Below, one piece after another: positions 35,168 through 48,780 of a stretch of DNA of 64,000 bases. The notes beneath the pieces are model-generated. The model did no database searches and was not told where the DNA came from. It saw nothing but the letters and a program-made list of their open reading frames with translations. The position numbers and the translations under genes were made by a program. Source of the stretch: Macrostomum hystrix (lineage: Eukaryota; Animalia; Platyhelminthes); the NCBI GenBank assembly GCA_950097015.1, contig CATNEN010000026.1:682001-746000 (forward strand), in the 5' to 3' direction. Position 1 is the first letter of the stretch, and every line of letters starts with the position of its first letter.

Positions 35168-37809
35168 AGTCAGCGCGGCTCTTCGGTGTGGAAAGCCTCT
35201 TTGTTACTGAATAGAGAAACCGGCTTTCTACAGAAATGGCTCAAATGTTTTTTTCATCGATGGAAATTATAAAATCTTAAAGTATGGTGGTTATTATGCT
35301 TTTACGAATTTCGAATTTATTTTTTCGATCAGCTAACTTTATGTGGTCTGCTGTGTTTATATACTGCAGTAAAACGTATGTTGTTTTCTTTTTTACTTAT
35401 ACGTGTCATGAGAAATAGAGTCTAGTCGCTAAGATGAAGGTTGCTAAGGCTATGGTGTGCATGCACATACAGTCAGGGTTGAATTTCTTGCGTGTAAATA
35501 TATGGAGTGTATTTCAAGGCACATTTAATTCTAGTTTTATGCACTTAATTATTTAATTCAATACAATACGGACGTACATACAATTACGTACACAAACTGT
35601 AGTGCAGCAACCGGCTTGATTGGTGAATGAAGTCGCTGATGTCTTTGGATTTTTTAAGTGCGTGTGAGTTAAAGTAGTCCTATTATTCCAACCAGTTATA
35701 AGTAGGCCCAATTTTATTGTAAAATCATAGGAGCAAAGAAATAAAAAAAGTAAACTTTAGTGCTTGCAATCACTGCAGAAAGCAAACGAGTTGAAGCATA
35801 CAGTTAAACTTCAGCTACTAATTTTACAAAAAAATTCTATTTTGAAAACTTCCAAATTGCGATTAAATATCTGCTTAATTCGGACTATCTCTGAGTAAAT
35901 GATGCTGCTTCAAACGGGTACACTTTGCTAAATACACTCTGTAATAAAATAAAGTTTTTGAATAGTATGTTGTTACAGTTCTCCTTTTTTAAAATAGTCG
36001 TTTCGTCTGCGCGCACTGATTTTTCCCGAATAAATTGTCATCATCAAAAGCAAAGGGAGAACTAAAGCAAAGCAAGACCAGTTCTTATAATTTTATTTAA
36101 ACATTTAGGAGATGTGCATTTTTGCAAAGATACCTAAGCATCTGGGCAGTTCTCTGTAATATACTTTGCTTGGGCTTCAGTGGTTTCCCTGTCATCGACA
36201 TCTTGTGCTATTAGATCTAAGTAGTTTGATTTAAGTTTTGCTGTTAGAATCATAGAATAAAGAGATTTTTTCAAAATTTAAATAGGCAGAGCTGTATGTA
36301 ATTCAACTATACTTAAATAAGAAGTAGATAATGTTTTCCACTTCTGTTTTCAATTTTCCCTACTGCACAATCTGTTCTCATAGGGAATTCTCATTCTTAC
36401 ATAGTGCAATGTTTCAAAAGCTAATCAATGGTTTCCCAGTCTTAAAGAGCATGGAAGTTTGTCTTAATTCAGGGTTGCAGATTTCTTGTACATAATTTTG
36501 GCTGAATAATGTTGTTTAATTAAATAGTAAGGGGGTAGACTGTAGAAGTGAGTCAGCTTGGTTGAGTTCTCAGTTCTGTCTAAAGTAGGTATGCAACTAG
36601 GCCACATAGGCATACTTCTAACTTGCCTAGCTAGCTTTATTAAAAATTATTAATTAAACTTTTGTGATGAACTAGAGTTCATGTGCAGACAAAATTCCCA
36701 GAAGTTAGAAGAAATTTTGTAGGCCTAAGACTAAAAATGATTTCTTAATGTCAACCAATGGCTTGTCAGCGGCAGTGCCAGGGTCCTGGTTCCTGGTCCA
36801 AATCCAATGTGGCTAGTCTCCAGCTAATTAAAATGTCTTAGTTATTTAACATGTCTGTACTCCTTAGCTATTTCCAGCTTCAATGCTTGCTCTTATGCCA
36901 CAAACTGTCACTTCAAGTTATTTTTTAATTCGTGCCAGGTTTCTCAGAAATGAAAAATAAACAAAAATAATTAGTGACATCATCACACCTTTTGAAGCTA
37001 AAAAGCATCATGACTTCACAACACAATTTTGATTAATCTTTTAGGCCTAGTTTTAGCTAGGGCTCAACTAAGGCAAGTTCACTTTTAGCTAGTTAAAAGC
37101 CTTATTGATATAATATAATAATAATAAATTATTATATGACATAGGGGATGAGTGTCAAAGTTGTTGATGCATTTGCCTGTGACACCATCATCCCTGAGCT
37201 TGATTCTGTAAAGAGGCCACATTAAATTAGGGAGAAATTTGGGAAGGAGAGCTATGAAGCAAAATGTTGGCTGGTTGTCATGTAATTTATGCCATTGAGG
37301 GCCAGCCTTTAAGGCACAGTGAAGTATACTCTGCCTGACAATAAGAAAGTCCTAAGAAAGTTGAAGGCATGCCTGTGTGAACATATAGCTTGTGTAGGGC
37401 CTATAGTATCTATATATATGTGTACTTTGGAGTCAGAAAAATGGGAAGAATCAGAATTGCCTCCTTGCTTGCTGCAGGTCTAGTGTCACCAAATGATATG
37501 CCATTGCCTACAGCCCTTCTACAATTATTTTTGTTATTATGTATGACATGGCTTATTAATTATGATAAGTGACAATAGGAATCAAATGAAATATAATAAA
37601 ATGATGATGATTATTTAACTCTTAGTTGCTTCAGGGCAACACACACAAAAGAACACTTATGGTAGTAGCCTATGTGCCTGTGTGTTTATCCGAGTCCCTT
37701 TGTTTATTGGGTTTCATTGGAATTGGCATAATTTTCTTTTTTCGGGCTCTACAATTTCCAGGAGCACTACAAGAGCCTAGTGACATCATCGCCCACCTAT
37801 CAGTGGCTG

Positions 37810-40451
37810 ATGAACTTTCTCAATAGAGTGCCACTGCCCAGCCTTGGACTCAGCGGTGGAACAGTTGATAACAATGGCAATATCTCCTTCACTGCCGCTG
37901 CAGTGAATGGCAGTCGCAATGGCAACTCCAGATGGGCATTCCTGACTACGCCCGAAGCTCGTCGGGTGTTGGCCTCTCTTGCAGCGACTGGATTGTCGGC
38001 TCTGCTTGGCTGGCTGCTCATTCGCCGACTGCTAGCGGAACTTGCCGACCCTGCCAGCAAGGACCACGCCGCTGCCAAGCAGGTGAGGCTAAAATGGAAG
38101 CGGCTATTTGTACGGGACCGTATGAATCTCGTGTAATCTTTATGTCCTTTAAATTTGTCCAAAGCTTACTATCCTCATGATAAAGATAAACTGTTGTCTA
38201 TAATTCTACTGTTATTGAGCTTGAGCTTTAGTCTTAGATGTTACTTAATATTAAACTTAATCTACTCGTAAGTGCAAGCAAAGAAAAAAAATCTTATCTA
38301 TGGGTTAATTGAAAACATTAAATACGAGTAATATATTAATGTTCTTCAAAGTGCCTCGTAAAGAACGAGCAAAAAGCAAATGTAAAATTATTTTATGCTA
38401 ATAAAGTTCAACTGTAGTTTAGCGATCCTGCCAACTGTTTCTGTCCGCAGGCGGCCGCCAGAATTTTGCGCTCAATCGGCGCCGATCCGTCTGTCCGCCT
38501 AACCGACTACGAGCTGGTGCTAGCCGCCGATCTGGTCGACCCGGCCGGCCTTGACGCCACCTGGGGAGACATTGGCGGCCTGGACGATGCCATCGCTGAG
38601 CTGCGCGAGAGTGTCGTTTTACCCCTGCGTCATCCCCGCCTGGCCGAACGAAGCCGACTGCTGCAGCCGCCAAAGGGTGTACTACTCTATGGCCCGCCCG
38701 GCTGCGGCAAAACTCTCATCGCCAAGGTGGGTGAAAGATTTCCTTATCAGATTCGCTACTTTTAATTTTGTTACTTTAATATTATAACATATTCGTTACT
38801 TACATACTCGTTACTTATTTTTTTCATTATTCTTTCTTGACCAATAATTCCATATCATTTACTTTTAGATTGGCTACTTCTTAATTCGTACTTGTTGATC
38901 TGTTAATTTTATTTTTAATATATAATTCTGAGCCCGTTACTTCCGCGATCTACTAGACAAAGTTAACTTCTGATTCACAATTCTTAACATTTTTTTCGTT
39001 ATATGGTTGCTTTTGTTACTTTTAAAGAGTAGATTTTAGGCAAGATAAAGAAGAGTACCTAAATGTGTGCTAATTCGATTAAAGGCCACCGCCAAGGCCG
39101 CTGGCGCAAGGTTTCTCAACGTCCGTCTGAGCTCCCTATTTGACAAATGGGTCGGCGAGTCAGAGAAGCGTGTCGAAGCTCTGTTCTCATTGGCGCACAA
39201 GTTGCAGCCCGTTATTGTGTTCGTTGACGAGTTGGACAGCTTTCTAGGAACCCGAGATCGCATCGGAGGTGGTCACGAGTGCGCCGAGAAGGTCAAAACT
39301 CAGTTTATGACCTTTTGGGACGGCTTGTTAACGCGGTCAGTTTATGCTTTAATTATCAAGACTTAAGGGTTGCGTTTGCGGGATTCTCATAAGTGCTAAT
39401 GCTTTTTGGACCACTAATCCATGCTTCTTCATGATCACTAATCCATGCTTCTTCATGTGATCACTAATCCATGGTTCTTCATGATCACTAATCCATGCTT
39501 CTTCATGATCACTAATCCATGGTTCTTCATGATCACTGATCCATGGTTCTTCATGATCACTAATCCATGGTTCTTCATGATCACTAATCCATGGTTCTTC
39601 ATGATCACTAATCCATGCTTCTTCATGATCACTAATCCATGCTTCTTCATGATCCCTAATCCATGGTTCTTCATGATCACTAATCCATGGTTCTTCATGA
39701 TCACTAATCCATGGTTCTTCATGATCACTAATCCATGGTTCTTCATGATCACTGATCCATGGTTCTTCATGATCACTAATCCATGGTTCTTCATGATCCC
39801 TAATCCATGGTTCTTCATGATCACTGATCCATGGTTCTAAATCATCACGAATCTTTCTTTGCCCCATCTGCAGAAATTGTTTCATATCTTTATTGTTGAA
39901 TCCTTCTAATAGTGTCCTTTCGTCGTCCTGTGTTGCCTTAGCGGATTTGAATTCTTTAGCCTCATCAGCTTACTAGTCATTGCTCTGAACACCACGCAAT
40001 CAGGAGCGACTCTCGCGTAGTAGTGATGGGCGCCACCAACCGGCGCCACGCCATCGACGCCGCCATCCTGCGGCGCCTGCCCTGCCAGGTGCGCATCGGC
40101 CTGCCCGACGAATCCCAGCGGCTGCGCATTCTAGAGGTCCTGCTGGCTGGGGAGCCGATGGCTCCGGATGTCGGCCTGCCCGGCCTCGCCCGCGTCGCCG
40201 CCGTCACCCCCGGCCTGTCCGGCAGCGACCTGCGCGAGCTCTGCCGTCTGGCCGCTGTCGGTCGGCTTCGTCGCGCTCTGGCCGAGGCTCGCGGCGGTGG
40301 CGATCCGGACGCCGCTGTTGAAGCGGCCGTCGCCGAGCACGCCGTTGGATTAGAAGACCTGCTCTCGGCGGCCGAGCGGCTTCGGACGGTGGCTGGAGTC
40401 GGTTCGGCCTCGTCTTCAGTTGATGTGATTGTGCCGTGTCCAGTAGACTGA
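37810..40451 (+). CDS. ATAD1: ATAD1/Msp1 membrane-anchored AAA+ dislocase; ~415 aa (possible upstream exon via acceptor at 37760-37761)
   Basis: Exons 37810-38082, 38451-38726, 39085-39335 and 40004-40451, phases 0,0,2; 1248 nt. N-terminal TM, then [25 protein letters not shown]...[19 protein letters not shown] (Walker A), KWVGES, VFVDELD (Walker B), [16 protein letters not shown] and AILRRLP. Confidence 0.92.
39409..39837. repeat. 24-bp minisatellite in ATAD1 intron 3 (~18 copies)
   Basis: Unit CATGATCACTAATCCATGGTTCTT. Confidence 0.95.
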
Positions 40452-40475
40452 AGGCATTGAATAGCTGGACCACTC

Positions 40476-41856
40476 ACTATGACCCACTGAATGACTGATA
40501 AGTGGATCATAGGGACTGATTAGTGTGCGACTATGACCCACTGAATGACTGATTAGGGTGCGACTATGACCCACTGAATGACTGATTAGGGTGTGACTAT
40601 GACCCACTGAATGACTGATTAGTGTGCGACTGTGACCCACTGAATGACTGGTTAAGTGTGCGACTGTGACCCACTGAATGACTGATTAGTGTGCGACTGT
40701 GACCCACCGAATGACTGATTAGTGTGCGACTGTGACCCACCGAATGACTGATTAGTGTGCGACTGTGACCCACTGAATGACTGGTTAAGTGTGCGACTGT
40801 GACCCACTGAATGACTGATTAGTGTGCGACTGTGACCCACCGAATGACTGATTAGTGTGCGACTGTGACCCACCGAATGACTGATTAGTGTGCGACTGTG
40901 ACCCACTGAATGACTGATTAGTGTGCGACTGTGACCCACTGAATGACTGATTAGTGTGCGACTGTGACCCACCGAATGACTGATTAGTGTGCGACTGTGA
41001 CCCACCGAATGACTGATTAGTGTGCGACTGTGACCCACTGAATGACTGATTAGTGTGCGACTGTGACCCACCGAATGACTGATTAGTGTGCGACTGTGAC
41101 CCACTGAATGACTGATTAGTGTGCGACTGTGACCCACTGAATGACTGATTAGTGTGCGACTGTGACCCACTGAATGACTGATTAGTGTGCGACTGTGACC
41201 CACCGAATGACTGATTAGTGTGCGACTGTGACCCACTGAATGACTGATTAGTGTGCGACTGTGACCCACTGAATGACTGATTAGTGTGCGACTGTGACCC
41301 ACCGAATGACTGATTAGTGTGCGACTGTGACCCACCGAATGACTGATTAGTGTGCGACTGTGACCCACTGAATGACTGGTTAAGTGTGCGACTGTGACCC
41401 ACTGAATGACTGATTAGTGTGCGACTGTGACCCACCGAATGACTGATTAGTGTGCGACTGTGACCCACCGAATGACTGATTAGTGTGCGACTGTGACCCA
41501 CTGAATGACTGATTAGTGTGCGACTGTGACCCACTGAATGACTGGTTAGTGTGCGACTGTGACCCACTGAATGACTGATTAGTGTGCGACTGTGACCCAC
41601 TGAATGACTGATTAGTGTGCGACTGTGACCCACCGAATGACTGATTAGTGTGCGACTGTGACCCACTGAATGACTGATTAGTGTGCGACTGTGACCCACC
41701 GAATGACTGATTAGTGTGCGACTGTGACCCACTGAATGACTGATTAGTGTGCGACTGTGACCCACTGAATGACTGATTAGTGTGCGACTGTGACCCACTG
41801 AATGACTGATTAGTGTGCGACTGTGACCCACTGAATGACTGGTTAAGTGTGCGACT
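40476..41856. repeat. 33-bp minisatellite (~41 copies) immediately 3' of ATAD1
   Basis: Unit GACTGATTAGTGTGCGACTGTGACCCACTGAAT. Confidence 0.96.
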
Positions 41857-42801
41857 ATTTTCCAAGAAAATCTACACATTTCGTTTTAATTGTTTCTTTT
41901 TCTAGATAAATGATTTCTACTCGTAGTTAGATTGATCGCACTCGTATTGGTAGACCTATAAGCAGTGTTGTGTCACTGATTTCCCTCTTCTTTCTGTCAG
42001 GCTATAAAGTCTTGCTGGTATTTAACAGTTAAGAATTTTATTTTTTATGCTATTATTCTCGTATTATTCAGAGGCAGAATTGCGCTTATCTGTATCTTGC
42101 GATATTAAGCGCTTTTTCAAGTTCTCCCATTGTTTGCCGACCAATCAGTGATAGCAATTAATGTTTGAGCATGATGCGCGCATTTTTTACTCCCATAATT
42201 CCCTGCATCCCATATATTATCACCCCGTCAGCGAAAATGATCCCACTGTCAGTTCTCTATGGGGAATTGTGCTTGCCTGTTTTGCCTCATCGCTTTGGCC
42301 CTTGTTATCCTGTTACTGTATAATTAGTGAAAATGCCTCAACAATACATTGCGACAATACGTTCTGGTCTGCTTGAAATTAAGAAAATCCTATTCAATTA
42401 CCTATTCAATTACTTTATTTTTTCGTTTTTTACACTACCATTCTACTATAATAAGTAGTATTATCGTAGGCATAGCTCATTGTCGTGCAATTTAAGCCCT
42501 TGAGGGCCTCTATACAAACTCTATCCACGTCTTCCAAATTTATTTTCAAACGCAAACACTGCTAATAGATGCTTCTTGTTTTATCCAAAAGTGCTTTAGA
42601 GGCTTATATAAGAGTAGACATGATCAAATTTCGTACATTTTCAAGGATTCGATATTGTTCTGAAAATCTTTACTTCGACCCATTTAAACATACTTTTTAA
42701 CTCAGCAAATAATAACAAAGAAGTCTAATAATGTTCCAGTCGCAACTCTCGATCATCTGTCCTTGTAGTAAAATCTCTAACCAAGCCAAACCGAGAAGCA
42801 T

Positions 42802-44234
42802 TCAGCTCAGGCAATAGGCTTCAAGCTGGCGGAACTCCGTTAGGCTTAACATCTTGGTGCTCAGGCCGAAGCACCTCATTGTGCCATTCAGACAGTTGAT
42901 GTCACCGATCATCGAGTATCCCAGCGTCAGGCACTGGAACCGGTATGTGGGAACGAACGGACCACTGACAGGAACTCTATTGTAGAGACCAACCATCGAG
43001 CCGTTGATAAAGTACTCATCGACTTGGGTCCGATTGAACGTGAATCCGACGGTGACGAGGTGCTGCGCCCCGTCGTTCGGCAACACACTGAGCGAGTTTC
43101 CGGTCACCTGTCTGTATTCGCTCCCGAACGTGAAGCGAGTGGATTCGAAGAAATTTGTAGAGGCCGCCTTTCCGAACTGGGTGCCAAAGTCTAAACCGCG
43201 CACTTTGAGAATTGAACGTATTGCTGAGCACTGCAACGAATTACATAAACGTTCACGCTTGCATCTGCTGTTTGCCAGCTCAGCTAAGACATCTAGCAAG
43301 CTCATAAACTCTCATAAAAGTATGTGTTAGTGAATGAAACACCAGCTAAATAAAGCGCAACTCACATTGCTGAGCTCATTGTGTGTGCAACCTGTACGAA
43401 GAACGACAACTGAGTTCCGTAGTCCAGAAACTGCTGAAAGTCGGGGGTGGCTGCACTCAAATAAGATCTCTTGTTGCCCTTGAACTCGGCTCCGTTGCTG
43501 CCGATGATGACATCATTGGCGGTGAGAGTGAACTGGCCGGGACTGGCCAGATTCGTCAGACCACCGATCTTGAAGTTGTACATGAGCTTCATCTGGAGCT
43601 GTCCGGAGCAGCTGTGGGAGCTTCATAGTTAGATAACTGTCAATTGTGAACAAGTGTCATGTGTGAATGAGGGTCGTGGATGATGAGTGTCACGGGTAAA
43701 TGATATCCTCGCTTATGTAGACTGGTCTGTTGCAGAAGTTAACGCAGTCGCCCTCAGTCCACAGCTGAGCGGCATGCAGGGCGATGTCGACGTAGAGGCA
43801 CAGATTGTAGGACCGAGGACAAAGGAATTAGAATTGAGCACTGTTAAATGTTTTTTATTGTCAATTCGTTAATTATGAATATAATTCTCACTAGTAATTG
43901 ACTTGACCGCGGCGTAAGCCTGACAGTCTCCCGATGTCCACTGCAGCGCCACTATGACTGCATTGTCGTCAAGGTAGCACAGGACGGAGTTATCGGAGAC
44001 CGCAGCCACCGAGAACCTCTCACACCGCTCGGTTCGATCGCTATGGAAGGCACAATTCATGACGCTGGTCACTGATACGGTGCGAAGAATTCCACTGGCT
44101 GTCGACATCGGGCACAGCGACTGCCTTACATAGGTGCGAACCGACGATCCAATTCTAACGCTCTCGCTGCCTGCTACGATAGCAACGGTTGCTATGAAAA
44201 TCAGCGAAATGTAAAGCACTGTCATTTCGAACAA
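42802..44234 (-). CDS. Putative secreted protein: signal peptide + PAN/apple-like domain + LamG/ConA-like beta-sandwich; internal splice junctions partly unresolved
   Basis: Hydrophobic N-terminus VLYISLIFIATVAIVAGS. PAN-like SVMNCAFHSDRTERCERFS...LCYL. Later segments CSGQLQMKLMYNF...AEFKGNKRSYL (43611-43366) and HLVTVGFTFNRTQVDEYFINGS...LTLGYS...NGTMRCFGLSTKMLS (to 42802) resemble LamG/pentraxin-type folds. Confidence 0.55.
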
Positions 44235-44663
44235 AAAGATGGCTAGAATGTGGATTTTAAACTGCGGCTTGCGAGCGGTGGCTGCGAGTCGAGCCTGTTG
44301 GTTTTAAGCCCTCCGAATCGGAATTAAAAATCGGATGCCGATTTAGGTACGGCACAGCCTCTTCGTTAGTATCGTCGTGAATCATATTTTTGTTAGTTAT
44401 TTTGGGATTTTCTCAGCAGCCTGCTATCATGGATCTTTCAGTTTGAGTCTAGTTGGCGCCAGTGTTTTAATTGATCAAAAAACCAGCTAAAATATTTTTT
44501 GTTTCATTGTATGCTGCTGGTTGCATCATTTGTTTCCATCGAAGCCGCTTGTTCAAATTGCGGTTTGATCATGGCTCATTGCGGCTTGATTGTAGCCCAT
44601 GACGCTCATTTACACACGAGTCTTGACTCGTTGCAGTAAGATGGATTCATTTGAGGTTCAGTT

Positions 44664-45419
44664 TAGTGAGTGAGCCTCAGTGAGTGAGCCTCAGTGAGTG
44701 AACCTCAGTGAGTGAACCTCAGTGAGTGAGCCTCAGTGAGTGAACCTCAGTGAGTGAACCTCAGTGAGTGAGCCTCAGTGAGTGAACCTCAGTGAGTGAG
44801 CCTCAGTGAGTGAGCCTCAGTGAGTGAGCCTCAGTGAGTGAGCCTCAGTGAGTGAGCCTCAGTGAGTGAGCCTCAGTGAGTGAGCCTCAGTGAGTGAACC
44901 ACAGTGAGTGTGAACCACAGTGAGTGAGCCTCAGTGAGTGAACCTCAGTGAGTGAACCACAGTGAGTGAACCTCAGTGAGTGAACCTCAGTGAGTGAGCC
45001 TCAGTGAGTGAACCTCAGTGAGTGAACCTCAGTGAGTGAGCCTCAGTGAGTGAACCTCAGTGAGTGAGCCTCAGTGAGTGAACCTCAGTGAGTGAGCCTC
45101 AGTGAGTGAGCCTCAGTGAGTGAGCCTCAGTGAGTGAGCCTCAGTGAGTGAGCCTCAGTGAGTGAGCCTCAGTGAGTGAGCCTCAGTGAGTGAACCACAG
45201 TGAGTGAACCACAGTGAGTGAGCCTCAGTGAGTGAACCTCAGTGAGTGAACCACAGTGAGTGAACCTCAGTGAGTGAACCTCAGTGAGTGAGCCTCAGTG
45301 AGTGAACCTCAGTGAGTGAACCTCAGTGAGTGAGCCTCAGTGAGTGAACCTCAGTGAGTGAGCCTCAGTGAGTGAACCTCAGTGAGTGAGCCTCAGTGAG
45401 TGAACCTCAGTGAGTGAAC
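44664..45419. repeat. 14-bp minisatellite (~54 copies)
   Basis: Unit AGTGAGTGA(G/A)CCTC. Confidence 0.96.
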
Positions 45420-46349
45420 GCTTTTAAGGACTTGATTAAATAACTACGAGCTTACTAATAATTTTTATCTTTGAGCTCTCATGCATATCTCTATCCAGGC
45501 AAGCAAGTGAATCCGGACCAGAATTTGTTGATTAGAGGCTCGAGAGATACCGCTGGAGCAGACACCCTCACCCAGGATTGAAGGCGCAGCGCAGAGAGTA
45601 ATTGGACAACTGCGGGACAAGATTGGAGAGTGCGGGAAGAACTAGACTAGGCAATTTTCTACCTTTAGGGATTATAATTTTTTCTGTAATAGGGGTGCGA
45701 CAGCGAGTGGCTTTAAACGGTTGATTGGATCCGACTCAATCCCCAAAGAGAGTTTGCGATTCGATGTTAACCCGATTCCCCCCCCAAGAGATTCCGTTTC
45801 AGTAGATGAAGCTGTCTTTACTGTCTCCCTCGGGACATTGTGTGCGAGTTCTGCCAGATGCTAGCTAGGCTGGCTCTCCAATTGTCCCTCCGGGGTCCAA
45901 CAAAACTTTCCGGGATTTCTGCTTTCAATCTGTTGAATTAGAGAGACGACATGAAATATAAGCTAGACCCCACTCTCTTGGAAAGCTAAGGAGTGTAGAG
46001 TGCATCGGTTTTCATGGATGATCGCTTCATACGCTCGTAAAAAAAGAGTATACCTGATTAAACGAGCAAATACGAACGAACGAGCTAAAGATCTGAAATG
46101 ACTCAGAAACTAGGCCAGATTTAGACTGCAACGTTTTTTTAGAGTAGAGGAACAGAGAGAGCGATAGAAATAGAAAGAGTTTACTACGAGTTTACTAGTT
46201 TACTAGTTTACTAGCCAGAGCGGCATGACTTCCTCCTCGGCTGGATTGAGAGTAACAATAGATAAAAGCAGTAAAGCAACAGTACGCCATTAGCAGTTCG
46301 TGCGCATTGTGTCAATTGGTTAGACTGTCAGTTAATCAGTCCATACATC

Positions 46350-47420
46350 ACCCCAGTGTCCATCGCCTGCCCAGGCTGCTGTTCTGTTAGCCGTTTGACC
46401 TGCGTGGCATGCCTCCGGCAGACCGTGTCGTCTCGCTGCATGATTGGGGAGTCTCCTTGGACAGACGCAGACACGGCGCTATCTCGTAGAAGGCGTCGGT
46501 CTTTTGCCGGTGCTGCATGCGTCTGTCCAAGAACGCAGTCGCCTGTGCGGATGCCGTGGTTCGTGGCCTTGAAGCGTCGCTCGGCGTGTCGCTTTTTTTC
46601 TGGTTATGTTGACGGTCCCGATTGACGATGGCGTCTCTTGTCGGACAACTGGCTGTGTGTGCCGAAGGCTCGGGATCGTATCGTTGATCTGCCCCAGCAG
46701 GTGTGACCCCGTTGGCGCAGTGCGACGTGCGTCTGTACGCTGCTAGTTACCCGTCTACGGCCGCAGTCCAGTCCCTGCCTTCGATGACTGCCGCGCGAAT
46801 CATTAAGCTCCCAAGAAACCAAGCCCCTTGGTTACAGCGCCGTTGGCCTGGGGGTAGAGCGGCGTCATGCGGAAGTGCCGGGTGCCCTGGTCCGCCAGGA
46901 AGCTGCCGAACTCGATCGATGAGAACGGCGGGCCGTTGTCTGTGGTCACCACTGTCGGCTGTCCGAAGATGCTAAACCCCCTGCGCAGCACCCTGATGAG
47001 GAAATCGTGGGAAATGATCCGAGCAGACGAACAGCGACTTGCCGTTAAAGGGCCTGAGGAAGTCCAGCTCGAGCCATGGGACCTGTGGTAGTTCTGTCGA
47101 CTTAGCGGCCTGGGTCTTCGCCGAGTTCTCGTGGGTGAAGGCTTGGCAGCTGATGTAGGCCGCCACGTGCGCCTCCACAGATGCTCGCATTCCGGGCCGC
47201 CATAACTTCAGTTGCAGGCGGTCCAGTGTCTTTCTGTCGCCTTGGTGGTCCTAGTGAGCCAGTTGCAGGCACCGGTACCACAAAACCGTTGGCATGTACA
47301 GCTGACTTGGTCAGAAGCCAGGCTGTCCAGGCTGATGGACACTGGGGTGGCCGCCTGGAATGCCGTTACCATTGCATCCGCATGCTCACCAACGTTGTTA
47401 GGCGGCATCAGTGGCGGCTT
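46350..47420 (-). mobile_element. Degenerate Ty3/gypsy pol fragment (integrase region)
   Basis: RLQLKLWRPGMRASVEAHVAAYISCQ (degenerate HHCC), PWLELDF..PF, VVTTDNGPPFSSIEF, TPLYPQANGAV; multiple frameshifts. Confidence 0.85.
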
Positions 47421-48780
47421 GCGGCTCAGAACGTCGGAAGAAGAAAGAACGAAAGACGAAAGAACGAAAATCGCAAACGAACGAACTAAAAACACAACGT
47501 CACAAACGAACCAATATCACAATATCACAGATTAAGTTTAAGTAGGTGGTACTGAAAATAATAGCCGTATAATTTCTTATTCAAGAGAAATCTGGCAAAT
47601 ATTTTATCTCGCCGAGGCAGAGTTAGGCGGAGAAGAAAGGCTGACTGAGCGATAGGCTAGACTCCGCTTGCAATCCTTATTGTGGAAATAATACTTAATT
47701 TTTTCACTCCCACACACAGCAGCAGCACGCGTCGCCCAAATGTCTCCTTGCTAAGGCACTAGCGCAGCCGCCTTCACCCACTCTCACGCACGCATTATTC
47801 TTCTCTAGCATTCTTTCATCTTGAGCTTCCTAATCTGTGAGGAGGGGGTCGCCGGTCCGATCCACCCCACGCGAGGCGCGACATCCTAGCATCGGTGAAG
47901 GCAGGCAGGGCGCGCTCTCGATTGCTGAACTCCGCGGAAGCATTTCAGAGGCGTTGAGACGCTGCTGGCTCGAGTGCCCAGGAAATGAGGGGAGGCCCGC
48001 GCGGGGGAGGGAGCGAGCAAAGGGGAGAGAATGAGAGAAGGATCGCAGCTCGAAAGGATTGGGAAGCGATATCGCTCGTCGCACTCTCTCTTCTCCTCCG
48101 CCTATCCAAAACCCTCCTATTCAGCCTGTATAGCTGCTAGTCTAGCTCACCCTGCGGAGACCGCCGGGACAGTAAGAGGGGACTCACGGGAGAGAGAGAG
48201 AGCGAAGATTGCAGGCTCGAGAGAAGCGAAATGCAAAGCTGAAAACATGAACAGAGGCCTCGTGTCTCATGCAATGTCCACTAGCGCTATTACTCTGACC
48301 TCCCACCCCGCGTCCACTGGTCGGGGGCTCCCTCCCTCACCGAGCTCCCCTCTTTCTTCCTCCCCAGCCCGGCGAATCGCAACTGTCCCCCCGTTTCTGT
48401 CCGGAGGCATCGCAGCGGCAAAGGAGTATGGGGTTGGGTGGTCAATGAGGAGACGTTTCTCTCGGAGTTACACCCACCGATCCGGCCTTTCCAAGCCCTA
48501 CCCTCCGCTCCGTCCCTCTTCTACTCAGAAAGAGTTATAATAGATGGCTATGGGTAGACAGGTTCAGCAATGTCACAAAGTGACACAGGGAGTCAAGAAG
48601 AGCCGAATAGAAGTGATTAGGAAAAGGTAGAAAGCAGCAGGCAAAAAACTGCAACAGGAACTCTAGGAGTCGAATTTGCCAACCCTCGGTCCTCTCTGAT
48701 ACCAAGGCATTGGCGATTCATAGAGACTGCCTAAAAAATATTGGCGGTGGCTGCGACCGGGGAGGACGAAGTGACGCGAC

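Noticed and set aside
39148-39165. ATAD1 pore loop KWVGES instead of KWYGES
   Set aside because: The second pore-loop position varies in this AAA clade (M, V, Y, R); the key aromatic W is retained.
40416-41879. ORFs with LISHSVGHSRT / NQSFSGSQSHT repeats, and similar repeat ORFs at 5524, 10277, 39349, 51862, 61805 and 62836
   Set aside because: All are direct translations of minisatellites or microsatellites.
47830-48540. Purine/GC-rich ORFs upstream of the R9AP-like gene (also 50280-50660 and 56000-56560)
   Set aside because: Low-complexity translations with no domains; more likely promoter or UTR-type sequence, which I cannot establish from sequence alone.
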